DNA of 62,951 bases, filler included, from Intoshia linei (taxonomy: Eukaryota > Animalia > Orthonectida): the NCBI GenBank assembly GCA_001642005.1. It is 9 parts of 9 records of this genome, joined end to end, with 100 filler letters (N's around TTAATTAATTAA, not from the genome) between each part and the next. Parts side by side here need not be neighbours in the genome. Positions count along the whole stretch, not along the records: positions 29,460 to 31,326 come from LWCA01002478.1; positions 31,427 to 42,565 come from LWCA01001198.1; 7 more parts are not named here. The stretch is one strand, 5' to 3'. A program made the translations under genes and the position numbers. This document shows positions 29,360 through 42,665 of the stretch, one piece after another. The notes beneath the pieces were generated by a model that was given only the letters and a program-made list of their open reading frames with translations, was not told the origin of the DNA and did not search any database. Numbering within the stretch: position 1 is the first letter of the stretch; each line of letters starts with the position of its first letter.

Positions 29360-29459
29360 NNNNNNNNNNNNNNNNNNNNNNNNNNNNNNNNNNNNNNNNN
29401 NNNTTAATTAATTAANNNNNNNNNNNNNNNNNNNNNNNNNNNNNNNNNNNNNNNNNNNN
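29360..29459. other. Artificial contig spacer (first of eight; others at 31327-31426, 42566-42665, 45268-45367, 50741-50840, 52263-52362, 59983-60082, 61745-61844)
   Basis: Identical 44N-TTAATTAATTAA-44N each time. The 12-mer gives stop codons in all six frames. Confidence 0.97.
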
Positions 29460-29643
29460 TTTTTATATAATTTTTTGATAATTGTGTATCATTCAACCCC
29501 ATCTTCCACGTATAGGGTGGCACTTTTGCATTTTCGCAAAAAAGTGAAAAAATTTATACCCCTAATGTGCATATTAAATTTTGGCAGATACAAATAATTA
29601 AAATACTTTTATACACCCAATTAATTTACTTTGTTTTATTTAG

Positions 29644-30706
29644 CTCGATTACGTCAAAAATATAATTCACAAGTTTCCAATTTAAATGAATATAAAAAAA
29701 GAGTTTCTAGTCTTCAGGAAGCTTTAATAAAGGTTATTTATTTATACAAATAATATACAAATAATATACAAATACTAGGAACGTGCCGTCAGAGTAGGCA
29801 GGTTAGGCTTAGCCTAATGCTTGAAAAATATACAAAGTTAATGTATGTGTAAGATTCATGAATAATAAAATTTGGCTGATAGATCCAAATTAAATATAGT
29901 AAATAGACCTCAACCCTCTGACGATTTATCTATGGCACGTCTTTCATTTTCGCGGTCCTGATCTAATAATATTAAACTAATATTTGAAATTAACGATGCA
30001 ATTAGTAATTATTCCATTATTTAGCAAAATAAAATAGAAAAGAAATATTTAGACTTGGAGTCTATGCAAAATTCTGAACGTAAAATGCTTGATAAATTAA
30101 GAAAAGAAAATGACAAATATAAAAAAATTTCACTAATTTGCAAACAACAGGAACATATAATTAGAAAAATGGAAATATTACTAAAACAACGCGAAAATTC
30201 TAAACGTATTCATTTTATTTATCCACATCCTTACAATTACTGCCTTTTATAAAATTATTCAACCGATTGATTCGATAAAATGGTGTAAAAATATTAACTT
30301 ATTAAAATGTTAATAAAAATAATACGTCCTTCTAATTCCTTGTATTTTAGTTAATTTTGAAATATTTTATCGTAATTTCTCTTATTATATTTCTGGTGAT
30401 TGATCAACTTTGGTAGTTTAAAACTTTATATTTAATTGTAGAATATTCACTATACATTGTACAAATCAAGACTAAAAATTTAATTTTTATTTTTCAACAA
30501 ATTTTTAACAAGAATGAATAATAAAAAATTTTAACAATAGCATAATCTTCACAATAGTTTACATTACAACTATTAAATTAATTAGGATTATATATTAATA
30601 ATTTATTAATATTTTAATATAATAATTTTTTACAGCAAATAATGATCAAGTTGACCAACTGGAAAATGAAAATGTTAGATTAAGAAAAAGAATGACACAG
30701 TTGGAG
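29644..30706 (+). CDS. Coiled-coil protein fragment, CCDC33-like; exons 29644-29732, 30025-30205, 30636-30706
   Basis: GT-AG exons join in frame: RLRQKYNSQVSNLNEYKKRVSSLQEALIK|QNKIEKKYLDLESMQ...CKQQEHIIRKMEILLKQR...|DQLENENVRLRKRMTQLE. The LQ..LI..N..EK..L.L...QE.+I.KME.LL pattern recalls CCDC33 (from memory). Confidence 0.5.
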
Positions 30707-30759
30707 GTCATTTTAAATTTTAAATGTTAAATTATCGAATGTAAACTAATACAGATGGT

Positions 30760-31326
30760 TAAATGTGAATGAAATGAATTAATCCATCTTAATTTTTTGT
30801 TTCTTAACATTTGCGTAAAGAATTTTAAAAACAATTGTTATCCCATTTTTTTAATTTATTAGACGAATGTGTGTATAATATTAAAAATCAAGTAAAAACA
30901 GTCCAATTCTAAAAATTGTCATAAATAGTATAAATTCCAGAAAAAATATAATTATAAAAACCTATTTTGTCATTTTCAATGTAATGATATATATTCAGTA
31001 CCAATTTACATTTAATAAACACTTATAAATACCAATTATGTATCAATAATTAACGGAATCTTCACTTTATAAACATATTTTAAACGAATTTACCAAATAT
31101 TACAATGGATTGTAATAAATATAAAAATGATGATAACAAAGTTGTACTACTTTTAGTTTCGTTGTTGTAGTTTAAATTTGAAACAAAATGTTTTGAAAAT
31201 GAGAATTTGAAATTTAAAAATTGCGAAAAAATGAATTATATAGATTTTCACCCATATTTATTTATTGGAAACGTGTAGACGTTTAATGCACATTTTTTTT
31301 GAAATTGTAGGATCAATATTTACATT
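30760..31326 (-). mobile_element. Helitron-like repeat family, internal fragment running into the contig end
   Basis: Reverse complement of ~25420-25985. Confidence 0.7.
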
Positions 31327-32589
31327 NNNNNNNNNNNNNNNNNNNNNNNNNNNNNNNNNNNNNNNNNNNNTTAATTAATTAANNNNNNNNNNNNNNNNNN
31401 NNNNNNNNNNNNNNNNNNNNNNNNNNACAAATACGTTTTACTGTTATTATTAACATGATAAAAATAAACCTTCAATACATGTCTTATTGTCGGAAAATTA
31501 CAGCAAGCAAAATCTTACATAACATACCCAATTAACCATATATTGTTATTAGCTCTTGTTGTTAACATTAAATGGTAGATTAAATTTGTAAAGTAAATAA
31601 ATTTTTAAATGACGTTAATAAAAATATCAATTTATCTGTAATTTATTATTTAATTTACAATGTTAACAAACACTATTTAACATCAATGTTGACTCCTAAA
31701 ATTTGGTATACAGATACGTATGAATGATACAAATATAATTATTCATTGTTATTTTAGAAAATATTACGATAACATTTTATTATAATTATAACGTTCACCA
31801 AAATCAAAAAAACTCAACTTTTAGTGCATGTCTCGCCCTTGAGCACCACTATAACATTATGGTAGACTTGTAAAATTTTGTACAGATGTATAGATTAATG
31901 AAACGAACAAAATTTTCACTTGTCGTTCCAGAAAATCTGAAAATAATTATTTACTATGAAAAATTAATTAATACAATATTAATTATAAATGAAGTGTTAA
32001 CTAGTTACTTAAATTAAGCGGATAAAATTTAAGAATTAAAGCTAATAAAGTTTGCTAACTAAGCTATAAAATTTATAATAATGGTCGTGGAGAGCCAGCA
32101 ATAGGCCCGGGTTCGATGGAAAGTATAGGCCCTATAAAAAATTTTTTAAAAATGGATCTCTATACATTAATTAATCGAACGTTCATCATCTAAAAATTAA
32201 AAATAACCATTGAAAATCGCATTGATTATCGAAATTTTTTATCAATATCTATTAATAAATTAAAAAAGTAGCCTTCATGATTGTAGACACAGAACATATG
32301 ACCCTCTCCACGACCCTGTCTGTACTTACTGCAAACCTTTATAAAAATGGAAACGTGTCAACTATTATATCCACTAAAAGCTTTTTAAGTACTACTGCAA
32401 TATCCAGTAGATATATTATCTATTTTCTATTGAAAAATATTGGAAAATGTAGTAGCCTTGGTCATACCACTAAATTCATTAATCAAAAATATACTATTCA
32501 AATATAAGGTTAAAGACTCAGAACATAGACGAATTAACTAGTAGCGGAAAACTTTTACTTAACAATTGAACAAATTTATTTACATAAAT

Positions 32590-33222
32590 GTTAATGAGAT
32601 GGTTATTGTTGCTTTGAAATGAGAAGTAATCTAAATGTTCGCATTATTTTTGATAGGCTCACTCGCATACCGGCACGGAAATCTAATTTATTCCTTTTTC
32701 TTTTTTTTTAAATTTGTTAGAATAGAAATTCCAGCCTCACAAAACTATGTTGTAACAAAAGTTATAATAATTTCAAGGCTAATTTCAGTCACAAATGGAT
32801 AGATATTAAGCATACTAAACCAAATATCACATTTAAAGCTATCATAGTCACATATATATTTTCAAAAAGCCACTAGAAAATCAAGGGACTATGTAAAAAA
32901 TTTTCTATTTGGGGGCCAAAGTAAATTATAGGGCTCATAAAAATTTTTATATATTTTAATGTATTAATAATAATATAATTTATTTCGAATACATCAATTC
33001 TCTGGTAGTTTTATTTAATGACTCACAAAACAGATATACCTCCTTAATGTTATCATTCACAACATATCTTGCAAACACATCACTAGATTCGTCCAATTGT
33101 AAACTAAATTTTATTAGGCTTTTACGAAGTTCATCCATAACTTGAAGTTCGATAACTTCTGCTAAATTTTTAATCCTTTTACAAAGGAATTGATTGAAGT
33201 GCCCCTTTTTGTTTTTCGCCAA
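32590..33222 (-). pseudogene. Buster/Charlie (ZBED5/SCAND3-like) hAT transposase remnant with a large internal deletion
   Basis: FSLQLDESSDV...FARYV...IKEVYLFCESL (first catalytic Asp region). Lower down lies FVTT*FCEAGISILTNLK...MRVSLSKI...PSH*, with stops and frameshifts. Confidence 0.85.
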
Positions 33223-33538
33223 GTAGAAAGTCTGTAATGTGAAGAGTACAGGGTTTGATCAATGTTTTCGATGGCTCAATCAATAAAATCAATCGATCAA
33301 TAAAATTAGCTTTTTAAAAAACTTTGTAGAAATGTACATGATTAATGAACTATAGAATTATCAGTTGTAGAGATAATAGTATTATAAATCATACTACAGT
33401 GTAGTACACATACAAGTAAGTTTATAAATAGAAATAATAATTATTAATTACACTTAATCTATATCAAATATAACTATCTAGTGAAAATTACTAGAATATT
33501 TTTAGTGAATCTAGTCAACAATAAAATGAATATTTTAG

Positions 33539-34506
33539 TTTTGGCAATGGCAAATTTGTCCAGCATTGGCTTTACTTTTAACTTGGGTAGAACTATTATT
33601 GTTTATGCGAAAATTAGCAAAGTTTGGGATCTACATTGTAATGTTTACAGAAATATTGGAAACCTTTTTTGAATTTTTTCCAATTTTCTCTATCGCAATA
33701 ATAGCCTTTTCTGTGACATTTTACGTTTTACTCAGCAATGTTGTAAGTTTTAAAAATCTTAATTATTTTAATTTGCAAATGTTAAAATAAATTTTATATT
33801 TAGGCTGGTTTTACAACAATATGGTTATCGTTGGTAAGAGTGCTAGTTTTACTAATTGGAGAATTTGACTTTACAAGTATGTTTTATGATGAAGTAAACC
33901 CTATTAGAAAGGAACATGTCACCACTTCATACATTATATTTGTCATATTTGTCATTACGATGACAATCTTACTTTCCAACTTGCTAGTGGGATTAGCTGT
34001 AGATGACATTAAAGCCGTACAAGAACAGGCGAATTTGAAGAGATTATCCATGCAGGTAAAATTTTGATTGTTCAAAATTTACAATGTGTAAAATTTAATA
34101 CATTTAAAAACTAATTTACATAGATTGATTTAACAATGGATGTCGAGAATTTTTTACATGTAAATTTCAGAAGATATTTTATAAAATCTAAATTTCCAAT
34201 ATATCCTCACAAAAGAAAAGGCATTTTTTGGTCGATATTTTCATACAATATAACAGTTGATTCGATTACACGTCAACTCAATCCTGAGTTGGTAATTTAT
34301 TTATCATTTTTTAATTTATACTTTTTTTATATTTACAATTTTAGAATAAAATTGAACAACTTCAGGATGAAGTAAATGATATTCATGAAAGCATTGCCAA
34401 ATTAAGATATCGTATGAAGGATGTTCAGGTTACTAATGAAAATATCAGCGCAATGTTGAAAAAATTATTAACAAAATCAGAGATCGACTATTCTGACCTC
34501 AATTAA
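33539..34506 (+). CDS. TRPA1: TRPA1-like channel, 3' part (S4-S6, TRP-like helix, coiled coil); exons 33539-33742, 33804-34055, 34124-34291, 34345-34506
   Basis: WQWQICPALALLLTWVELLLFMRKLAKFGIYIVMF...LLIGEFDF...LLSNLLVGLAVDDIKAVQEQANLKRLSMQ|IDL. Phase-0 GT-AG introns of 53-68 nt. Ankyrin-repeat exons not seen. Confidence 0.88.
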
Positions 34507-35169
34507 TTATCCACATTGTCAAATTTATTTATTAAAATTTATCACCCAGTGGATGACACCCACTATGTTTAATTATTATTACATTGGCAACATTGCTTTC
34601 CAGAAATTTTTTTGTTGTGGTATGGTACATGGAAAGTGTTTTATCAAATTTAAAATGGCTTTTAGAGTGCTTTTTTGGGTTTAATGTAAAGATAGATAAA
34701 TTTTTTGGAGACGCTTGTATTTATGGATTAATACACCTTGTAATTTTGCCGAGCTTAATCTACCAGGAAAATCTTTGCTGATGGTGGATATTATCATTTA
34801 TTAATCAATTAATTAATATGAGTAATTGACCCCTTAAAGTTACCACTTTTGACAGGAACGACTGTAGTAAAAGTTATTATATTAATGTTTATTTTTAGTA
34901 AACATGCCAAATTAACTTTTATTTTTACTATAGTTTCTGTAGCGTATTTGTTTCTCATATTTTATAACTTTCATATCAAACTTATAATTAATCACTCCTA
35001 TAATATCAAAATGCAACTCAGTAGATTGCATTTCAACAAAGTTGGAAGCTTATTCAAAAAAACCAATTTGAACGCATTTCTATGTAACTATTTTAATATA
35101 TTTTTAATGTATTGCATTGTCAAGTACATATTTGTGTATAATAATTGCGATAATAGCTCTGCCGATATA

Positions 35170-35466
35170 TTTTTTTTAAATTTAAATTTATGATAATATT
35201 TATGATTTTAAAATCCGTATCAGAGTATATATTTTTTTGAATTCTCCCACTTGTTTGATTTTAAAAAAAAGGAAAATGGGAGTTTTTGACCCGTAAGATG
35301 TGAGTTTGGGAGGTTGAAATTTAGTTTGCTAACACCTCTGGAAAAAACTGTAATTGAAATGTGGACTTTATAAAATTCTAAAACTGGTAGTTATTGAAAT
35401 GAACGGTAACACACACAAACAAATATTGCGTTACGCAATTTGCGTAGCATATTGTACAAGTAAGGA
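35170..35466 (-). mobile_element. Helitron-like repeat family, 5' portion
   Basis: Ends gcgtagcatattgtacaagtaaggaT and matches 58640-58919. Confidence 0.7.
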
Positions 35467-35817
35467 TAAATAAGTATAATAAATAATCTATAAGTGCAAA
35501 TATAAAGATTATTTATATTTTCGTCAAATTTCAATTTTTTTAAATCTCACGTTGCGGTCTTATCAATTTCAAATTATTGTCTTGTGCCCCGTTTTGAAAT
35601 ACGACAATTATTTTCCATCAACATTTAAAACGGTTAAACAAATAAAATGGACAGAGTTAAACTAGAAAAACTAACAAAAATACGCGTAAAATATAATTTA
35701 TAAAGATTAAGTAAGAATCATGTATCAATTTTTGTAATGCAAAAATGCATGAGAAACCATAAAAGAGGTTGAGAATAATTTAAACCATTGTTTTTATTGT
35801 TAAAAATATAATTGTAG

Positions 35818-38557
35818 CAAATAATATATCAACATTCAATTGGGAAGATGCATTTAATATAAATGATCAATTAACCTCTGAAGAACGACAAATATCAAAT
35901 GAAATGAAAAAATATTGTAATGAACGATTAAGACCCGACATTGTTATGTCAAATAGAATGGGATGTAATTTTACAATTATTCAACATATTTTGTTATATA
36001 GTATGAATTATATTGTATGATACAGTACGATACAAACTTACATAATTAATTTTGTTTTTAATATGATTAAATAGTGTTTCGAAAACAAATAATGAATGAA
36101 ATGGGAAAACTTGGCATGCTTGGTGTAACAATTAAAGGTTATGGCTGTGCTGGTGCTTCTTCAGTGGCTTATGGTCTCATAGCTAATCAATTAGAAAGGT
36201 TTTGTATTTTAATTATGACTATATATATTTTTAGAGTTGATAGCAGTTATAGATCAGCACTAAGTGTACAAAGTTCTTTGGTGATGCATCCGATACATGA
36301 ATTTGGAACTGAAGATCAAAAAAAATATTATCTACCATTATTAGGTTAATTTTAAGCAATGCTATTGAACACTATTAATTATATATTATAATAATAGCTT
36401 CCGGTGAATATATTGGAGCTTTTGGGCTAACTGAACCAGATTATGGTAGTGATCCAGGATCAATGAACACTCGTGCAAAGTATGATGAAAATTCCAAGTG
36501 TTATATTTTAAATGGAACGAAATCGTGGTACATAGTTTAAATTTAAAAAAATGTAATTAAGTTACCCGTCGTCTTTATTCTTATAAATTTTTATTTTGAA
36601 GCGTATATTTGAAATTAAATTTTCGTTTGTAGTGAAAAATCAATTTTGCATCAAAGTCTATATTTGCGTCCATTTACATCAGGGGTTCCCAAAGTGGGCG
36701 ATTAATTCAATTAAGTGGGCGATTTTCAGCTGGGGCGATTATAATTATAAAAACACTGTATACCCAAAAAATGATTTTAGACAGATAGAGTGATAGTAGA
36801 TGGATAGAGTGGAGCGTTGATGAATTTTTTAGTTGTAAGGGGATATTTTTATAGCAAGTTTGAGATCCACTGATATAAAAAGTGACTAATAAATATATTT
36901 TTATTTTAATTATTAAATATCGAATAATGACTAAATTTTTAAATATATATGCGACGTAGTAGAAAAATTTTTCAGGGGGGCGTTGAGAAAATTTTTTTCT
37001 AAAAAGGGCGGCGGTAGGCAAAATGAATTTGGGAACCCTTGATTTACATGTTAGTAAAAATTTGAGGTTAAATTACAGCGTACAATATTATGAAAGTCTA
37101 GACAATTTTAATGTACATTGATTACATTACATTAATGAAATGTTGGTTGATAAAATGTAAAATGCATTTTTGACCTGGAATATGTAAATCTCTGAGGTTT
37201 TAATTGATAAAACATCAAGAAAAACTGCCCTTGAATTTGTTTTTTTAAATAAATGGTTAGACGTTCAGGTTATGGTTACATTGCATTTATATAAGGATTG
37301 ACGAAAAACTTTCAATTATTTTGATATTTTTTAACAGGATTACTAATGCTCCAATCGCACATGTATTAATTGGTAAATAATTATCTATATTTATAAAATG
37401 TATAGTTTGGGCAAAATTAGATGATAAAATTAGAGGCTTTATAATTGATAGAGATTTAAATGGTATTTCAACACCAGAAATAGAAGGAAAATTTTCACTT
37501 CGTGCTAGTGTCACTGGACAGATTATTTTGGACAATGTTGCTGTTTCAAAAGATAAAATATTACCTAATATTATGGGATTAAAGGTTTTTTTATATTTCG
37601 TGTCAGAATTTAATATATTCATAAGCCATTTTATTTATATACTTGCATGTTACCTGTTAATAATTTTATCATAGGCACCATTCAGTTGCCTCAATAATGC
37701 TAGATATGGTATTGCATGGGGCGCGTTAGGTGCTGCTCAAGAATGTTTTGAAATTGCAAGACAATATACACTTGACAGGTGATTTCTAATTAATATAGAC
37801 TAAAAAATGACTAATGATTAAATCTCATTTTTCTAGTTTTTATTAGAATTAACGTTTATCAGGAACAATTTAATTTCATTACATTGTATTTACTACTCAT
37901 TAAACTATTTTTACAGAATACAATTTGATAAGCCTTTGGCATCTAGACAATTGATCCAAAAAAAATTTGCTGACATGTTGACTGAAATATCTATTGGCCT
38001 TCAAGCTTGCTTGCGAGCTGGTCGATTAAAAGATGATAATAGGTTTCACCACCAACTATATTAAATATTATTTTTATTTATTATTCTATAAAAAATTCAA
38101 ATAATTATAGTGCTCCTCCCGATATTTTAAATTTTATAAAACTACATTTAGTTTATCATCAGATTTGATTTCTCTACTAAAACGAAATTCTTGTATGAAA
38201 AGTTTGAATATTGCAAGAGAGGCTCGCGATATACTGGGAGCTAATGGAGTTTGTGATGAATATCACATTATCAGACACGCTATGAACTTGGAATCTGTAA
38301 ACACATATGAAGGTAAAAAAATTAATTCACTATTTAAAGTATAAGTAATGTACTGTCTTAATCATCATCGGCCAACTTATATTTTTATTGATCTTAACTA
38401 TTTTATATAACTATTTATTAAAAAGACAATTTAAATTCAAATTATATCATAAAAATACAACAATTAATTTTTTATTAATTACATTCATTTAGGAACTTCA
38501 GATATACATGCGCTCATTCTCGGAAGAGCGATCACTGGGCATCAAGCATTTAAATAA
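35818..38557 (+). CDS. GCDH: Glutaryl-CoA dehydrogenase; exons 35818-35964, 36075-36198, 36235-36344, 36398-36527, 37338-37372, 37406-37584, 37675-37778, 37917-38042, 38152-38312, 38493-38557; first exon not located
   Basis: [126 protein letters not shown]. All junctions are GT-AG and in frame. Confidence 0.96.
36680..37041. mobile_element. hAT/Buster MITE in a GCDH intron
   Basis: TIRs caggggttcccaaa / tttgggaacccttg and perfect TSD ATTTACAT. Confidence 0.9.
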
Positions 38558-39357
38558 TTGAATCAAATAAATATAAAAACAAGTGTTTATTAATAATACT
38601 TACGTACACATTACTTCGGACAAGGTCATGGAGACCATATGACACAATTGTAGCTCGTATGCAAATAAAACATTATGAATCGACCCTAAAATGATTCAAA
38701 AATCAATAATTTTAGAATTTGAAATTCATTTTACTTTCAAAAAAAACTGACTTGGAATTTTTGTTTTTGAAATTTCTGCAGCAGTTTCTCCAGATATGGT
38801 ACATAGACGTACCTTAGGGCTATTCAATTTTTATCCAAAAATACACCAGCGGCTTGAATTTAAAGTTTTCATTTTATGATTTCTCAGTTAGTTTATTAAA
38901 AATTTTCGGGTTAATAAATTTAAATAATACCAATTTTCAATTTATCTCAATTTATAAAACTTTTAAAATATCAAATATTAAAATGATTTCATCATTTGAA
39001 AGTTTACAAGAAATGTCCAAAATATTTTGTTAAATCAAACGGTATAATAATTACCATTGAACCTTGTGAAAGATAATTTTCGACATCCATTAATGTTAGT
39101 AAATTAACTATTAAAGTTGAAAATATATGTTCAAAAACAATAAACAAATTTAATTCGTACCAATTTTCTATGTAAAAGTGTACTTATCATAATAATCTCA
39201 TGTACCTTAAATACAGTACTTATGTAAAAAAATATTTAAGAAATATAAATAGTATCGACTGTAATAAAATATTCACAAAAGTAATAAATTCAATTTTATC
39301 ATATTTAAATACGTTTTACTCATCCTTAATTATATATTATAATTATAATGCCAGCAT

Positions 39358-39642
39358 ATTATAATATGCTACGCAATATTTTTTTGTGTGTTCCGTTCAT
39401 TTCAATAACTACCAGTCTTAAAATTTTATAAAGTCCACATTTCAATTACAGTTTTTTGCGGAGTGTTAGCAAAATAAATTTCAACCTCCCAAACTCACAG
39501 CTTACGGGTCAAAAAGCCCAATTGTCCTTTTTTTGAAAATATACTCTGATACGGATTTTAAAATCATAAATTTAAAAAAAATATATATTCAGGGCCAAAA
39601 TCATAAATAACCCTTTTTTTAATAAAAACAGCCCTAGAATTT
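39358..39642 (+). mobile_element. Helitron-like repeat family, near-5' fragment
   Basis: ataatatgctacgcaatattttttgtgtg... is colinear with 9060-9410. Confidence 0.65.
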
Positions 39643-39819
39643 CATATAATATAACTATTGCTGTCATCTTGAGCTTTGACATTCTGAAATTTTAAAAATA
39701 AAATTACAGGTTATTCTTGATATTTTGACAAAAACTGTTCAAATAATCGCGAATAACTATAACAATCTTAATATTTAAAGGTTATTCTCATTATTATACA
39801 TGTATGTGTAATACACATT

Positions 39820-39960
39820 GTGTATAATTGTAATGATCGGCTTAAATCAGTGGAAAAATACAACATTAATACAAACACGTGGTCATATTGCACAAGTATG
39901 AATTATGTTAGCAGTGATGCTGCTGCAGTTATCTATACGAACAAAATTTACGTTTGTGGC
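39820..39960 (+). pseudogene. Isolated, degenerate kelch repeat (KLHL10-like)
   Basis: RLKSVEKYNINTNTWSYCTSMNYVSSDAAAVIYTNKIYVCG is a kelch repeat with the GG motifs lost and no clear splice context. Confidence 0.7.
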
Positions 39961-39987
39961 AGCTCTAATAATAAGATACTTTTAGAC

Positions 39988-40682
39988 CAGTGGTTCCCAA
40001 AATTTTTCCACCATTGACCACTTTTCACAAAAAAAAATTGCCTTAATCCTGAACACGTCACTAAGGTAATATTTAAATCGAAAATTTTACATTAATTTAA
40101 CAAGGTAGCTTTAATGGCTTTTAATTCTTATGGCAATTAAAAAAATCTTAATTTCAAACATTATTATGGCGAACTACCAGTGCCGTATGCGAGATCCATC
40201 GGTGGAAGGATCTCGACGAATTTTTTTTTAAAATGGAGGCTTTAATTTACTAAATTGAGCATTAAAAAAATTCTTGAATATCAACTAATTTGAATGTTAA
40301 ATTTAAAATGTCAACTCAAGAGTTTTAGAAAGGTTGATAGGGTTATATGATTTTATAATTCGTTTACAAATTTTTTTAATGGGCTATTTTTCATTTTTGA
40401 AGTGGCGACGGGCTCGCTAGGTTTAATTTCGGAAACTACAATTGAACTAAGTTAAATCGTTGCATAGATTAAATTTAACGCACGTGAAAATTATTCACGT
40501 TATTTAGTAAATTTTCAATTAATTTTGATTAAATGATGTTTACGTTCAATAATAATAATAATAAATGATCGATATAATTTTAATTTTTTATTATTATTGT
40601 TAAAAAAAGTTTATCTTCATTTATTTGAAATTTTTCTTGTGGACCACCTATAATTTCCTGTGGACTACTTTGGGAACTACTA
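39988..40682. mobile_element. hAT/Buster non-autonomous element
   Basis: TIRs cagtggttcccaaa / tttgggaactacta and TSD ttttagac / ttctagac (7/8). Confidence 0.8.
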
Positions 40683-41211
40683 TTCTAGACCATCCTTTTT
40701 TATAATAAAAATATCGTTGTCATCTTGAGCTTTATCATTCTGAAATTTTAAAAATCAAATTATAAGTATAATATCCGTATTCAATTATTTAGTTAGTTTT
40801 CCGATATGAGCTAGTTACTACGTCTATGAGAATATACTTTATTTGAAGATACATGATTAAAACGAATCATTTGTTAAACAGGCAACAATTTTTACAAAGG
40901 TTGTTAAGATTGCGTCAAAATTGTCATACCATAAATAATACTGAAAATGAGAAAAATAAATTCTAAATTTTTTTAATTTACATAAACATGTCAATTTTTT
41001 AGGGTGCCCTCTAAATGAAAATGATTCCCAGCGTGGGTTAAAATGTAATTTTATAAAAACGATGTTAAATATAAAAATTTTGATTGAATAAAAAAAAGTA
41101 TAAAAACGGTAAGTTTGTGCTCAGTGTCAACAAAAACATTAAAAATAGGTTAACACTTAAAAACAAGACGCGTTCATACTTAATCATTTTTTATTGCGTT
41201 GACATTTAACA

Positions 41212-42565
41212 ATGACAAAAAATTGTAAAGTAATTGCAAACGGGACAGCAGTAACGTACGACCCAAACAATGTAAATATTGTAAGTAAATATTTTGAAAG
41301 AGTTGGACGACACACGTTCGTGGAAGGCAACGGAGTCATCAATTTAATCTGGCCATGTGATACTAACGATTTAAAATTGTTTATCAAGATTTTGAAAAAA
41401 ATTGGGAAATTAAAAAAAAACGGTGTGTTAAATGAAGAAAATTACAATGAAAAATCTTTCACAATATATAACGTATCCACAATCTTAAAATTTGCAGAGA
41501 AGTTCATTTGTCCTAAATTGATTAAAATTTGTTCAAAATATATTTTCAACTATTTATATAAAAATTTTCAACATTTTTATATAATTTGCAATGATTTTCA
41601 ACATTTAGGATTGATGGAAAAAATGTATTCCTTTTTTAAATTCGAATTTGATCGTCATCTTTTTATAGAGGCTGAAGATACATTGCAGTCAATTCCTCAT
41701 AAACGAAACTATAATAGAGAAATATTGAATTCTCGTAAAAGCAATTAACTAATTATATTACAATATCTATCTTTTGATTTTATTTATAAACTTCTCTCTG
41801 ACAACTGTTTGGATGTTTTATCAGAAGAGTCAATTTTAAAGGCCATCGTTATATGGTTAAACTATCAACCGTTTAACAGGAAAAGATATATACTGCAACT
41901 TCTGAATTGCATACGCCTTAGTCAATTAAATCCATGTGACATTTATGTATTGTTTTTCAACAACTTTTATAACTCCAATCCAATAAATCGAGAACTTGTT
42001 GATCAGTTTTACTCGAATGTGTGTAAATATCATGCTTTACCAACAGGTATTTTTTCTTAAACTTATAACTCCACTGATTCCTATTTCAAGAAAAATATTT
42101 CGCGGGCCCTTTATAAATAGTCATGAATAACACATAATTAGTACACAATAAGGAGACCCAGGAGTCTGTGGGTCCAGTTTAAGAAACATTGATTTAGATA
42201 TTATTTTTATAATAAAAAATATTTTTTGTATTAATGTTTTAGAACATAAGCTGGCGAAAAAAAGAAGAGAAGAACGTTATCCAAATCAAGTAATGTTATT
42301 AATGGGAGGATGGAACGAGAAAGGTCCATGTGACGAAATCGAAATTTATAACATTTACACAAACGTTTGGCATTTAATAGAAGGAAAGTTGTGTATAAAT
42401 AAGAAAAAATTACATTTTGCATACCATGGATTAATACAAATAGATAAAAAAATATACATTATAGGAGGTTATAACGGTAAAGAATGTCTTTCCACTTTAT
42501 ATTGCTACAGGCTTGATTTATTTAAAATGGAAAAATTGGCAAATATGCAAGTTGCACGGTGCTAC
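41212..42565 (+). CDS. BTB-BACK-kelch protein, KLHL10-like, cut by the contig end; in-frame TAA at 41746-41748; intron 42047-42242
   Basis: Divergent BTB, then BACK LSFDFIYKLLSDNCLDVLSEESILKAIVIWLNYQPFNRKRYILQLLNCIRL, then kelch RYPNQVMLLMGGWNEKGPCDEIEIYN...AYHG...IYIIGGYNGKECLS...MQVARCY. Confidence 0.8.
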
Positions 42566-42665
42566 NNNNNNNNNNNNNNNNNNNNNNNNNNNNNNNNNNN
42601 NNNNNNNNNTTAATTAATTAANNNNNNNNNNNNNNNNNNNNNNNNNNNNNNNNNNNNNNNNNNNN

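Noticed and set aside
36596-37021. ORFs 36596-36793 and 36707-37021; also 26801-27106 and 53660-53848
   Set aside because: They lie within or across MITE or Helitron-like repeats and have no protein motifs.
11712-41748. Alternative genetic code (stop reassignment) suggested by two in-frame stops
   Set aside because: The stops differ (TGA and TAA). Conserved genes (GCDH, UBE2E, ARPC5, MPC2, nAChR, TRPA1) have no internal stops, use TGG for Trp, and end normally in TAA or TAG.
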